Below are positions 38,640-51,752 of a DNA stretch of 64,000 nt, piece after piece. How positions within the stretch are numbered: position 1 is the first letter of the stretch; each line of letters opens with the position of its first letter. The notes under the pieces are model-generated. The model did not search any database. It saw nothing but the letters and a program-made list of their open reading frames with translations, and was not told the DNA's origin. Both the position numbers and the translations under genes were made by a program. The stretch is from the NCBI RefSeq assembly GCF_963921235.1, contig NC_086097.1, positions 3,162,001 to 3,226,000 on the forward strand, given 5' to 3'. The DNA is from Mobula hypostoma (lineage: Eukaryota).

Positions 38640-39785
38640 GGGCAGATTTAATAGAGCTGCTGGGAATAGTTTAAACTAATCTGGCAGGGAGATGGAAAAC
38701 AGCATGATAGAGCTGAGGACGAGAAGCAGGTTTACAAGTCAATGATGTGTATAACATGAATGTAAGGAGGGACAAGCTAAAGATTGGGTACAAGTGCAGA
38801 CAGAACAAAGAGTTAAATTTTATCACAGAGGGAAAATTCAAATGGGTGAGGAATGCAGGACAGAAGGTGCTGTATTTAAATGTGCATGGCATTCGGAATA
38901 AGATGGACAAATTCATGGCACAATTGGAGATTGGTCAGTGTGACATTGTGGGCATCACTATGGATATACTTTGTATCAAATGCACAGGTAGGAAGGTTAG
39001 GCAGTACTGTGGCTCTGTTGGTAAGAGATGGAATTACATCATTAGAAAGAGGTGACATAGGGTCAGAGAATGTTGAATCTCATGCAATACTGTACTCCCA
39101 GAAGGTTAATTTACAGGTTGAGTCTGTGGTAAAGAAGGCAAATGCAGTGTTGGCATTTATTTCAAAGGGAATAGAATATAAAAGTAAAGAGATTATGCTG
39201 AGCCTTTATGAGACACTAGTCAGGCCGCACTTGGAGTATTGTCTACAGTTTTGGGCCCCATATCTCAGAAAGAATGTGTTGTCATTGGAGAGACTCCAGA
39301 GGAAGTTCATGATAATGATTCTGGGAATGAAGGGGTTAACTTATGAGACGTGTTTGGCAGCCTAGGGCCTGTACTCACTGGAGTTTGGAAGAATGCAGGG
39401 GGATCTCACTGAAGCCTACTAAATGTTGAAAGGACTACCTAGGGTGAATGTGGAGAGGATGTTTCCTATGGTGGGTGTATCCAGAACTGAAGGGCACAGC
39501 CTCATAACTGAGGGGCGACCTTTTAGAACAGAGGTACGGAGGAACCTTTTTAGCCAGAGAGGAGTGAATCTGTGGGATGCTCTGCCACAGGCTGCGGTGG
39601 AGGCCAAGTCCATGGGTATATTTAAGGCGGAAGTTGATAGTTTCTTGATCGGTCTGGGCATCAAAGGATATAGCGAGAAGGCAGGTATATGGGATTGAGT
39701 GGGATCTGGGATCAGCCATGATGGAATGGTGGAAAAGACTCGATCGGCTGAATGGCCTAATTCTGTTCATGTCTCATGGTCTTAC
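38640..39785 (+). mobile_element. CR1 fragments (EN start and 3' end)
   Basis: LYLNVHGIRNK; LVRPHLEYC; PFRTEVRRNLFSQR. Confidence 0.85.
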
Positions 39786-41084
39786 AGACTGTGTGTTCTG
39801 AGTTCCTGCATTATTGTCTGTCTGTGTTGCTGAGCTCCTGCACCATTGTGTGTGTATTGCCAAGTTCTTTTCCCATTTTCCCTGCGTTGGCAAGTTCTGT
39901 GTAACACCCACGTAGGGCTGGTTGCTGCACTCTTTATGAGAACAATCAAGTTACATAGTACTATACCAGGTGCTGGTAGGTCATCAGAAGCTCTAGGTAG
40001 CAGAAGGAAGCAGTGAACAGAAACACACTTCTGGAGGTAAGTTTCGTTTATAAAAAACAATATATGCAAAATACTTACATGAGTAAGAACAATTCAAAAT
40101 TCCAACATTCTGATTAGGTTCCAAATCTCAGATATCAAACTAAAACCAAGTTCCTTGTTAGTTAGAATCAGTGAGATTCATTAGAATAACCTTTATTACT
40201 CCAATTTCTCTAACTAATTAGATATAGTGTTATTCCCTATTTAAAGGTTTACAGACTAACCTTTCCTTTTTATTTGTCCCTAGTTAGTTAGAAAACTAAT
40301 TGAATTCCTATTCTTAAATATTATGGTTAACTTCAGTTTTCAGTTTTAGTCAATATGTCTACAAATTCAAATTCAAATTCATAAAATATTTATAAACAGC
40401 TTAACTCCTTTCATGACAATTCCCCAACATTGCAACTTTTAAACAGTAAAACGCATTCAGTAATTTGTCAAATTCTTTGCAAAATATAATAATTTCTTGC
40501 AGAAAATCAAATTCAGATCCTTTGAATGAAAATAAACATATATCCAACTGTATTAAATCCTCTGCGTCTTAAACATTTCGATCCCGTGCTAGTTCTTCAA
40601 TTTTGGGTGGCTTGCCACTTGCCGTCTTGTTTCTTGTTTTGTTGGATGAAGTAGTTGATCATCCACAGAAAGTCAATCACGAATTTACAGAACAAAAACC
40701 TGACGGGTATTCAACAGGATTACAATCTGGATTACATATTCTATTTTCTATTCCAAACGTTACTCAATATCACGTCATTTCCAAACATTTCTCTGTTAAA
40801 ACACAGCTGAACATATTTCACACACAAACTAGACAATTGGAACAGTAAAAGTTTTAATTCACCAAATCCCTTGGTGTGATTTAATAGAACTAATTCCCAG
40901 ACTCGTCTTTGCCTATATTGTCTCATTACAGTTTCTGCTTGTTATAGCTGTATCTTCAATAGATCTTTTATTGCTATTGTCTCTCCTCCAGGGGTTTCAC
41001 ACTGAGGTTTCCAAGTAAGTAGGGTGGAGTTACTGAGGACTAATTCCACTTTATTATCATTTATGTTAATTATCTTTAGAAATA

Positions 41085-41700
41085 TAGAAACATAGAAAAT
41101 AGGCCCTTCGAGCCTGCACTGCCATTCATTACGATCATGGCTGATCATCCAACTCAGAACCCTGTACCTGCCTTCTCTCCATACCCCCTGATCCCTTTAC
41201 CCACAAGGGCCATATCTAACTCCCTCTTAAATATAGCCAATGAACTGGCCTCAACTGTTTCCTGTGGCAGAGAATTCTACAGATTCACCACTCTCTGTGT
41301 GAAGAAGTTTTTCCTCATCTCGGTCCTAAAAGGCTTCCCCTTTATCCTCAAATTGTGACCCCTCGTTCTGGACTTCCCCAACATCGGGAACAATCTTCCT
41401 GCATCTAGCCTACCCAATCCCTTTAGAATTTTATACGTTTCAATCAGATCCCCCCTCAATCTTCTAAATTCCAGAGAGTATAAGCCTAGTCGATCCAGTC
41501 TTTCATCATATGAAAGTCCTGCCATCCCAGGAATCAATCTGGTGAACCTTCTTTGTACTCCCTCTATGGCAAGAATGTCTTTCCTCAGATTAGGGGACGA
41601 AAACTGCACACAATACTCCAGGTGTGGTCTCACCAAGGCCTTGTACAACTGCAGTAGAACCTCCCTGCTCCTGTACTCGAATCCTCTTGCTATGAATGCC
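41085..41700 (-). mobile_element. Young CR1 3' fragment, near-identical to 14171-14820
   Basis: Long runs of exact identity by eye; TTTCTATG tail; followed by a + strand CR1 3' end (41701-41915). Confidence 0.92.
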
Positions 41701-42067
41701 AGGGGGATATTAGAGGAAGGTTTTTTACTCAGAGAGTGGTTGGTGCGCAGAATGCACTGCCTGAGTCAGTGGTGGAGGCAGGTACACTAGTGAAATTTAA
41801 GAGACTACTAGACAGGTATATGGAGGAATGTAAGGTGGGGGTTATATGGGAGGCAGGGTTTGAGGGTCAGCACAACATTGTGGGCCAAAGGGCCTGTACT
41901 GTGCTGTACTATGTTCTTAATCTCTTGGAATTGCACCAATGCTTAATCTTTGTGGCGTCCATAACCACATATCTTAATCCCTTTCCTGGGCAATAGTTTA
42001 ACACAGGCTTAGACACAAAACCACCCAATCAATTCTGAGGGCAATCACACAGCGTTCAACGAATTCA

Positions 42068-42085
42068 ATCCCAGACAAGCCCCCA
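42068..42085 (-). other. tRNA-Pro primer-binding site of an LTR element remnant
   Basis: TGGGGGCTTGTCTGGGAT vs canonical TGGGGGCTCGTCCGGGAT (16/18, both CpG transitions), includes complement of CCA. Confidence 0.75.
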
Positions 42086-42850
42086 CAACAAAACCCCCTT
42101 TTTAACTGGGCATCTCTGGAAATGCAGCTTGTTAGCCCCTCAGTAACAGCCACTGGACTCTGCAGTGAGGGAACCACCTTTTCAGATTCCATACGTCTAG
42201 AAAGTATCTGACTTTGGTACTGCCAGACCTGTGAGGTTGGGATGTCTTGCACACCCAAACCCTGGTTTGTGTGAATGCTGTTTGATTTACTGCCCACTGC
42301 AATCGCCCGTTGTCAAGAAATAACAGATTGTACAATGCATACAATTATAAAGAAAGTATATTTATGAACCTTAACCAAATAGTTAGTAAAGACATTAAAA
42401 ATCAGGAAGGTGGAACTGGGAGAAGGGCCCATTATAATTAAGAAGTCACATATGCACAGGTGGAGCTCAAATCTTCCAAAAGTTGTTGTTTCTGAAGTAC
42501 TTATTGCATCAACCCCTATTCACCGCTGCCCAGTACAAGTTCCCCTCTTGGCTCCATCAGATCGCGTGTACCTGCCGAATCAAATCCTACTGTCGGTTCT
42601 CTCGAGCCCCTTCTCTCTCCATCTCCGTTCCTCAGTTCCTGCATCATTCTGTGTGTGTTGCTAATAACTCGCATCATTGTGTGTGTGTTGTTGAGATCCT
42701 GCACCATTTTGTGTAATTTTTGAGTTCCAGTACCACTTGGTGCCTGTTAGAGCAGCATTTTGTGTACGTCTTCCTGAGCTCCTGCACCAAATGTCTTTGT
42801 GTCGATGAGATTCTGTGCCATTGTGTGTGTGTTGCTGATGTCCTATACCG

Positions 42851-42889
<39 letters not shown>

Positions 42890-43055
42890 TGTGTGTCTGT
42901 GTGCACGCACAAGCGTTTTCAAGTCCCTGCACCACTTTGTATATTACTTTGTTCCAGCATCATTTTACGCCTATTCTATCGAGCTATAGCACTATTTTGT
43001 GTGGGAGTTCCCAAGTTTCTGCACCATTTTGTGTATGTTGCTGAGTTCCTGCCCT

Positions 43056-43089
<34 letters not shown>

Positions 43090-43639
43090 GGTGAACTGCT
43101 GCATCGTTGTGTGTGTGTTGTTGAGATCTTGCACCATTCTGTGCATGTTACTCACCACCTACGCCATTGTGTGTGCGTTACTCACCTCCTACGCCATTGT
43201 GTGTGCCTTTCTGAGTTCCTACACCAATTTCATTAGATCAGACTAAATGGGAGCAGAATTAGGTCATTTGGTCCCATCGAGTCTGCTCTGCCATTTCATC
43301 ATGGCTGATCCAATTTTCTTCTAGTCCCCAATTTCCTGACTTCTCCTCGTATCCTTTCATGCCTTGACCAATCAAGAATCTATCAACCTCTGCCTTAAAT
43401 ATACATAAAGACATGGCTTACATAGCTGCCTGAGGCAAAGAATTCTGTAGGTTCACCACGTTTTGTATGCGTGTTCCCCAGTTTCTGCTCTATTCTGTGT
43501 CTCATGCCTAGTTCCTGTATGTGCATTGGCAATTTCCTGCACCACGTTGTATGTATTGCAGAGCTCCAGCACCATTCTGTGCACGCATTCTCAACTTTCA
43601 GCGCCATTTAGTGTGTGTTGCTGAGTTCCTGCACCATTT

Positions 43640-46600
43640 TAAGATCATAAGACATAGGAGCAGAATTAGGCCATTTGGCCCTTGGAGTCTACCCCACCAT
43701 TCAATCATGGCTGATGCTTTTTCCTCCTCTCAGCCCCACTCCTTAGCCTTCTCCCTGTAACCTTTGACCTGTGTCCAATCAAGAACCAATCATTCTCCAC
43801 CTGAAATACACCCAACAACCTGGCCTCCACACCTGCTTGTGGTAACAAATTCCACAAATTCACCACCCTCTGAATAAAGACATTTCTCTGCATCTCTGTT
43901 TTAAATGGACACTCCTCTATCCTGAGGCTGTGCCCTCTTGTTCAAGATTGCCACGCCACAGGAAACATCCTTTCCATATCTATTCTGTCTAGGCCTTTCA
44001 ACATTCAAACAGTTTCAATGAGATTCCCCCTCATCCTTCTGAATTCCAGCGAGTACAGACCCAGAGTTCCTGCACCATTTTACGTTCAAACGTTCCTTGT
44101 ATGATAACCCTTTAGTTTCTGGAATAATCCTTGTGAACCTCCTCGAACCCTCTCCAATGCCAGCACATCGCTTTTTAGCTGAGGAGCCCAAAACTGTTCA
44201 CAATACTTAAGGTGAGGCCTCACCAGTGCCTTATAAAGCCTCAGCATCACATCCCTGTTTTTGTATTCTAGACCTCTTGAAATGAATGCTAACATTGCAT
44301 TTGCCGCCTTCACCACAGATTCAACCTGCAAGTTAACCCTTAGGGTGAGTGAGCAAGGACTCCTAGTCCCTTTGCATCTCAGATTTTTGGATTTTCTCCC
44401 TGTTTAGAAAACAGTGTGCACACTTATTCCTACTACCAAAGTGCATGACCATGCAATTTCCAACATTGAGTTTCATTTGCCAATTTCTTGCCCATTTCCC
44501 TAATTTGTTTAAATTCTTCTGTAGCCTACCTGTTTCCTCAACACTACTTGCCCCTTCACTAATCTTTTTATCATCTACTCCCTTGTTCCAGAAAGGGAGT
44601 AAAGATAACCCAAGAAATTGTTTCTATTGGTCCGTGTGCAGGTCAGTGGGACTAGGCAGAAAATGGTTCGGCACAGCCAAGAAGGGCCAAAAGGCCTGTT
44701 TCTGTGCTGTAGTTTCTATGGTTTCTATGGTTTCTAAATTATAGACCAGTGAGTCTGACTTCCGTGGTGGGCAAGTTGTTGGAGAAGATCCCGAGAGACA
44801 GAATCTGATTAGGGATAATCAGGATGGCTTTGTCAAGGGTAGGTCGTGATTTACGAGCCTGATTGATCAGAGGGCACAAGCTATAACAATGTTGGACAAA
44901 CTTGGGTTGTTTTCTCTGGAGTGGTGGAGGCTGAGAGGGGATCTGATGGACGTTTATAGGATTATGAGAGGCATAGATAGAGAAGACAGAGAGTATCTTT
45001 TTCCTCAGGGTTGAAATGTTTAATATCAGAGGACATGCATTTAAGGTGAGAGAGGATAATTTCAAAGGAGATGTGAGGGGTAGGTTTTGTTTACACAGGA
45101 AGTGGTGGGTGTCTGGAATGTGCTGCCTGGGGTGGTGGTAGCAGCAGATGCGTCAGGAACTTTTAAGAGACTTTTAGATTGATGCATGAACATGAACAAG
45201 AACATTCCTTCCACATCCACTCTATCAAGGCTTTTTACCATTTGCTTGCTTTCAATTTGGTCATGCCTCATTCTTCTGAATTGCAGTGAATACAGACCCA
45301 GAGCCATCAAATGCTCTTCATATGACAATTCATTCAATCCTGCAATCATTTTCCTGAATCTCCTTTGAGCACATCCTTTCTAAGATAAGGGGCCCAAACT
45401 TGATCAAAATACTCTAAGTGAGGCCTCACCGGTGCTTTATAAAGTTTCAACATTACATCCTTGCTTTTATAGTCTAGTCTTCTTGAAATTAATGCTATCA
45501 TCACATTTGCTTTTCTTACCACAGACTCAACCTATAAATTAACCTTTAGGGAGTCCTGCACAAGGACTTCCTAAAGGTTAATTCCGGGACTATTTTGTGT
45601 GAGTGCTCCCGAGTTCCTGCACAATTTTGTGTGTGTTGCTGAGTTCCTTCGCCATTGTGTATGTGTTGCCATGTTGCTATACCCTACATATTGAAATCCC
45701 TCTGACTATTTTGGCATACATTTTCTACCTCCCATTGTACTATGTAGACCACATCCTTACTACTGTTTGGAGGTCTGTATATGATTCCCACCAGGGTCTT
45801 TTCACCCTTGCAATTCCTTAGCTCTATCCATAATGGTTCAACACCTTTTGACCCTATGTCACCTCTTCCTAATGATTTGATTTCATATTTTACCAGCAGA
45901 GCCACGCCACCCTCTCTGTCTTCCTGCCTGCCTTTCGATACAATGTGTATCCTTAGACATTAAACTCTCAGCTATAATCTTCCTTCAGCTATGATTCACT
46001 GATGCTTGCAACATCATACCTGCCAATCTGTAACCATGCTACAAGTTCATCTACCTTAATCCGTATAATGTGCACATTCAGACATAACACCTTCAGTCCT
46101 GTATTCACCCTTTTTGATTTTGTGTGCCTTTTACATTGCAGCTCATCCTGTTGTCTGCAATTGTGCCTCTCCTTGCTTGAAGTCTCATTACATATTGCCT
46201 CTTTTTGTAAACCAACTACTTTAAACCACCTTAGGTTCAGGTGTAACCTGTCCCTTTTGTACAGGTCATACCCTCCCCAGAAGAGATCTCAATGATCCAT
46301 AAACATGAACCCCTGCCCCCTGCCCCCTGCACCTGATTCTCAGCCGCGCAGTCACCTGCCAAATCATCCCACTCTTAACCGCACTGGCAGATGGCACAGG
46401 AAGCAATTCAGAGATTACTACCTGGAGGTCTAATTTCTCAACTTGCTACCTTGCTCTTACCTTGTCTACGTGTATCTTTGGTGCCAATATGTACCAAGAC
46501 TTCTGGCTGCTCACCCACATCCTTGAGAATGCCATGGACCTGATAGGAGATATCTCTGATCCTGGCAACAGGGAGGCAACATAATATCCAGGTTTCTCTA

Positions 46601-46870
46601 CCCTCTTCTCTGTTCCTCTGACGAAAGAATCTCCTTTTACCACTGCAGTCCTCTTCACCTCTCTGCTCTTCTGAGCCATAGCACCAGACTCAGTGCCAGA
46701 GACCCGGTCACTGTGCACCACTCCCCACCCCTGGTACGGTCATCCCCCTCAATATGACCTAAAGTGGTATACTTCTTATTGAGGGGAAACAGCCACAAGT
46801 GTACTCTGCACTGGCTGTGCATTTCCCCTCCTTCTCCTGACAGTCACCCAGTTACATCTCTCCTGGAATC
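43640..46870 (-). mobile_element. Cluster of CR1 fragments (mostly minus, one plus at ~44575-45185), including EN and esterase remnants
   Basis: LVRPHLKYC, IYRPPNS, VVKGDSFVRG remnants. Confidence 0.8.
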
Positions 46871-46875
46871 TAGTG

Positions 46876-48190
46876 TCTAGAAGTTTTCTGATGACTCTGC
46901 CGTAGTTGGATGCATCAGCAGGGGAGATGAGGCTGAGTACAGGGCTACGGTAGGAAACTTTGTCACATGGTGTGAGCAGAATTATCTGCAGCTTAATGTG
47001 AAGAAGACTAAGGAGCTGGTGGTAGACCTGAGGAGAGCTAAGGTACCGGTAACCCCTGTTTCCATCCAGGGGCTCAGTGTGGACATGGTGGAGGATTACA
47101 AATACCTGGGGATATGAATTGACAATAAACTGGACTGGTCAAAGAACACTGAGGCTGTCTACAAGAGGGTCAGAGCCGTCTCTATTTCCTGAGGAGATTG
47201 AGGTCCTTTAACATCTGTTGGACGATGCTGAGGATGTTCTACGAGTCTGTGGTGGCCAATGTGATCATGCTTGCTGTTGTGTGCTGGGGCAGCAGGCTGC
47301 GGGTAGCAGACACCAACAGAGTCAGCAAACTTATTCCTAAGGCCAGTGATGTTGTGGGGATGGAACTGGACTCTCTGACGGTGGTGTCTGAAAAGAGGAT
47401 GCTGTCCAAGTTGCATGCCATCTTGGACAATGTCTCCCATCCACTACATAATGTACTAGTTGGGCACAGGGGTACATTCAGCCAGAGACTCATTCCACCA
47501 AGATGCAGCACAGAGCGTCGTAGGAAGTCATTCCTGCCTGTGGCCATCAAACTTTACAACTCCTCCCTTGGATGGTCAGACGCCCTGAGCCAATAGGCTG
47601 GTCCTGGACATTTCCTGGCATAATTTACATATTACTATTTAATTATTTATGGTTTTATTACTATTTAATTATTAATGGTGCAACTGTAACGAAAACCAAT
47701 TTCCCCTGGGATCAATAAAGTATGACTATGACTATGACCGTTTACACCTCGGACTTCAACTACTGCACAGAGTCTTGTCATCTTCAGAAGTTTTCAGATG
47801 ACTCTGCCATAGTTGGATGCATCAGCAAGGGAGATGAGGCTGAGTACAGGGCTACGGTAGGAAACTTTGTCACATGGTGTGAGCAGAATTATCTGCAGCT
47901 TAATGTGAAAAAGACTAAGGAGCTGGTGGTAGACCTGAGGAGAGCTAAGGTACCGGTGAACCCTGTTTCCATCCAGGGGATCAGGTGGCTATCAACTTTA
48001 CAACTCCTCCCTTGGAGGGTCAGACATCCTGAGCCAATAGGCTGGTCCTGGATTTATTTCATAATTTACTGGCATAATTTACATATTACTATTTAATTAT
48101 TTATGGTTCTATTACTGTTTATTATTTGTGGTGCAACTGTAACGAAAACCAATTTCCCCCAGGATCAATAAAGTATGACTATGACTATGA
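46876..48190 (+). mobile_element. Head-to-tail pair of Rex1/Babar 3' fragments with (ATGACT)n tails
   Basis: KFSDDSAIVG, KTKELVVDL occur twice; tails at ~47720 and ~48175; CTAGTG at 46870-75 and 48191-96. Confidence 0.85.
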
Positions 48191-48914
48191 CTAGTGGTGA
48201 CTGCCTCTCTGTAGCTCCTGCCTATCACCTCCTCATTCTTCCATTATGTGTGTGTTGCTGAGTTCCTGCACCATTGTGTGTGTTCAGTTCTTACCCCTTC
48301 GTGTCTGTGTATTGCTAAGTTCTTTCACCATTGTGTGTGTCTGTGTGTGTGTTGAGTTCCTGCACTATTGTGTGTGTGTGTTGCTGTGTTCCTGCACTAT
48401 TGTGTGTTTTGCTGAATTCCTACATCATTGTGTGTGTGTGTTGAATTCCTGCACCACTGTGTGTGTGTGTGTGCGTGTGTGTTCCTGAGTCTCTGTACCT
48501 GTTGTTGTGTTCTTTATCCGAGTACATTGTACCTTTAGTCCTTAAACTGAAGTTGATTTTGGGCAGAAATACTTTGTAAGTTCAATCTAAATTAATATTT
48601 ATTTGATCGTGGTATCTGACAGAAACTGAAGCTAAATTGAAGATTCTTTGAATCATTGTCTTTAGTTGCTGTTCATTAATCATAAATAATGATGCATCTT
48701 TTCATGTTTAAAGAAAATTATTAAGTAATATTGCTGAAATGGTTGAAGATGGGTATGCTGTGATTTACCTATAATGTGCAAGCAGGAACTTTGTGCAGGA
48801 GTGATGAATGATTGCTGTTGTCTGAAGGTTGCTATTTTAGAATAATGGAAATGTTCTAATAAATGGATGAAATGATGATGTAAAAAGCAAATGGATCTCT
48901 CTTGTCCTTACCAG

Positions 48915-48992
48915 TTTGTTTGTGCCGATGCTGGAACCAAAATAGCTGAATCGACAATTCTGCAGAAACACATGATTTCTTCTGTCCCTGGA
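48915..48992 (+). CDS. UNC79: UNC79 coding exon: FVCADAGTKIAESTILQKHMISSVPG
   Basis: CTTGTCCTTACCAG acceptor, 78 nt, GGA|GTGAGT donor; absent from the ORF track, read manually; collinear with flanking exons. Confidence 0.92.
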
Positions 48993-50424
48993 GTGAGTAC
49001 TTATTTATTTTATGTTATTTAGATATGTAGCACGAAGTAGGCCCTTCTGGCCCTTCAAGCCATGCCATCCCAACAATCCAACAACCCCAATTTAACCCTA
49101 ACTTAATCACAGGACATTTTATAACGGCCAGTTAGCCTACCTATACATCTTTGGATTGTGTGAAGAAACTGGAACATTTGGAGAAACTGATGCATTCCAA
49201 GGAGAGGACATACAGAGGATGCTATAATTGAACTCTGAACTTCTGACACCTTCAACTCAAAAGAGCATCGCACTGACTGCTACACTGCCATGGCACCCAC
49301 ACTGAGGCACATTTCATCACTGCAAGCTTTCTTAATGATTCCTCTTCTATCGTGCATCAATTTAGATTTGCTGTTCATTCTATTGCAGTTATCCTACAAT
49401 TCTGGATGAAAGGCATATTTTTAATGTGTTCGTTTCCAGCCAGCACTGCATTTTAACCCATATCAAATTACAATTACTTTCCTTAAGGCTGATCAACATC
49501 TCCACCCACTAACCCACCCCTCCACACCCCCAACCACCACTACTTTATCATTTCCTGTCAGTCGCCTTATTTACAGACTCCTGTGTCTAGCATCACTTTA
49601 TGGGCATACAATCAATCCATGTATACAGGTTGTCTTATGTATTTATATTTGTTGTATTTTTTATTATTATTGTATTCTTGATCTCATTGTGTTTTTTTGT
49701 GCTGCATCAGATCTGGAGTACCAATTATTTTGATCTCCTTTACTGGAAATGGTATTAAACAATCTTGAATCTTCAAATAGTGCTTGAGAAAGGAAAGAAT
49801 GAGCCTCTGCTTTGAGAAGCTGCAGGAAGGTGACAGTATTCATAGAATGCACATAAATAAATTCTAGGATTTGGTTTGGAAGGGAGTACTCAGACAATGA
49901 CATTGTCAAACGCGTGAAACCCTTGTTGTAGATGATTAGGTTGTGTCATTGGATGATGCTTTAGGAGCCTTTGGTGAAATGATGTATGCTGTAACTGCCA
50001 TGCTTGGCATGGAGGGAGTGATTGTTCCTGCTGACATACTTAGCTTTATGGCATAATTAGTGATTTTATTAATGTATTTATTTGTGAGTAAATACCAAAG
50101 GAATTGTAATGATAGGGAATAAAATTAATAATTTTGTGTTGATACACAACATTGAACTGTGAGATTTGCTTATGATAACTGCCATTGGGAAAAAATGTCT
50201 ACTTCCAATTTTCTTGATTATTGCAAAGGATTCAGAGGGCAAATGGCATCTTTATTACAGGAGCAAAAATGTAAAAAGACTCATTCAGAAAGTATTTGAG
50301 AGACCAGATTCAGGGAGGATGCTCTCTTTGACAGGGAAGTCCAGGACTGGAGAGTGCAGTTTAAGAATGAAATTAGGATTAGGGTAAGTACACAACCAGT
50401 GGTCAGATCAAAACTCGTCACTGA

Positions 50425-50910
50425 GTCATGGAAAAGTACAGCACAGAAACAGGCCCTTTGGCCCATTTAGTCTGCACTGAGCCATTTAAAATGCCTACTG
50501 CCCTCGACCTGCACTGTGACCGTAGCTCCCCATACCCCTATCATTCATATACCCATCCAAACTTCTCTTAAATGTTGAAATTGAGTTTCCATGCACAACT
50601 TGCACTGGTAGCCTGTTCTACACTCTCATGAACCTCTGAGTGAAGAAGTTTCCCCTCAAGTTCCCTTTAAATTTTTCACCTTTCACCATTAACCCATGAC
50701 CTCTGGTTGTAGTCCCAACCAACCTCAGTGAAAGAGCTTGCTTGCATTTACCCTATCTATACCCCTCATAATTTTGTATACCTCTATCAAATCCCCTCTC
50801 AATTTTCTATGTTCTAAGAATAGTCTTGACCTATTCAATCTTTCCTCCAGACACAGCAAAATCCTTGTAAGTTTTCTCTGTACTCTTTCAACTTTATTTA
50901 CATCTTTCCT
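50425..50910 (-). mobile_element. CR1 3' fragment
   Basis: RGDLIEVYKIMRGIDRV. Confidence 0.8.
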
Positions 50911-51179
50911 CACACATCCCTCACATATCCATTCAGCAAATCCGTATCATCAAGTCCTGTCACATCTAATCATAAAATGATGTTGCACAATTAAACAGCT
51001 AACAGGGGGAAGAGTCTTTGAGAATGTCACCATCCTCACTGATAGGTGCACCCAGCAACCAAGTGGTAAGCCACTTACAACTTCAGCCAGAAGTCTGACT
51101 GAATATTTCATCTTCTGAGATGCCCATTATCACAGAAACCATTGAGTTCAATTCTAAATACACATCACGAAAAGGCACC

Positions 51180-51625
51180 TCACAGAAAAGGCTGGAGGAA
51201 CTCAGCAGGTTAGGCAGCATCTATCTCATTCCACCAAGAGGCAACTCTGAGCGTAATAGGAAGTCATTCCTGCCTGTGGCCGTCAAACTTTACAACTCCT
51301 CCCTTGGAGGGTCAGACACCCTGAGCCGATAGGCTGGTCATGGACTTATTTCCTGGCATAATTTACATATTACTATTTAATTATTTATGGTTTTATTACT
51401 ATTTAATTATTTATGGTGCAACTGTAATGAAAACCAATTTCCCTCGGGATCAATAAAGTATGACTATGACTAATTAACAGTTGTGTAGGGCCAAGAACAT
51501 TCATCAGGACTGGAAAGGAATGGGGAGGAAGCCAGAATAATGAGATGGGGGGTGGTGTGGGGGAAGGAGTATTATCGTTTCCATAGATGCTAACTGACCT
51601 GCTGAGTTCCTCCAGCATTTTCAAG
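51180..51625. mobile_element. Penelope terminal-repeat remnant with inverted ends, containing a short Rex 3' end (~51225-51470)
   Basis: GCTGGAGGAACTCAGCAGG at 51190 vs CCTGCTGAGTTCCTCCAGC at ~51598; (ATGACT)n tail inside. Confidence 0.7.
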
Positions 51626-51706
51626 TTTATGGTTATTTAACTGTGCACGTGTATACCGCCAAATGAAATAACGTTCCTCCGGATCAAAGTACACAACAGC
51701 CTACAT

Positions 51707-51709
<3 letters not shown>

Positions 51710-51742
<33 letters not shown>

Positions 51743-51752
51743 CTCTCTCTCT
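51710..51752. repeat. (CA)n(CT)n microsatellite
   Basis: Direct. Confidence 0.9.

Noticed and set aside
39950..39995. CTGATGA followed by a hairpin on the minus strand, possible hammerhead
   Set aside because: No GAAA after the stem and no stems I/III
42060..42085. tRNA-Pro gene
   Set aside because: Only the 3' 18 nt match and they include the post-transcriptional CCA, so it is a PBS
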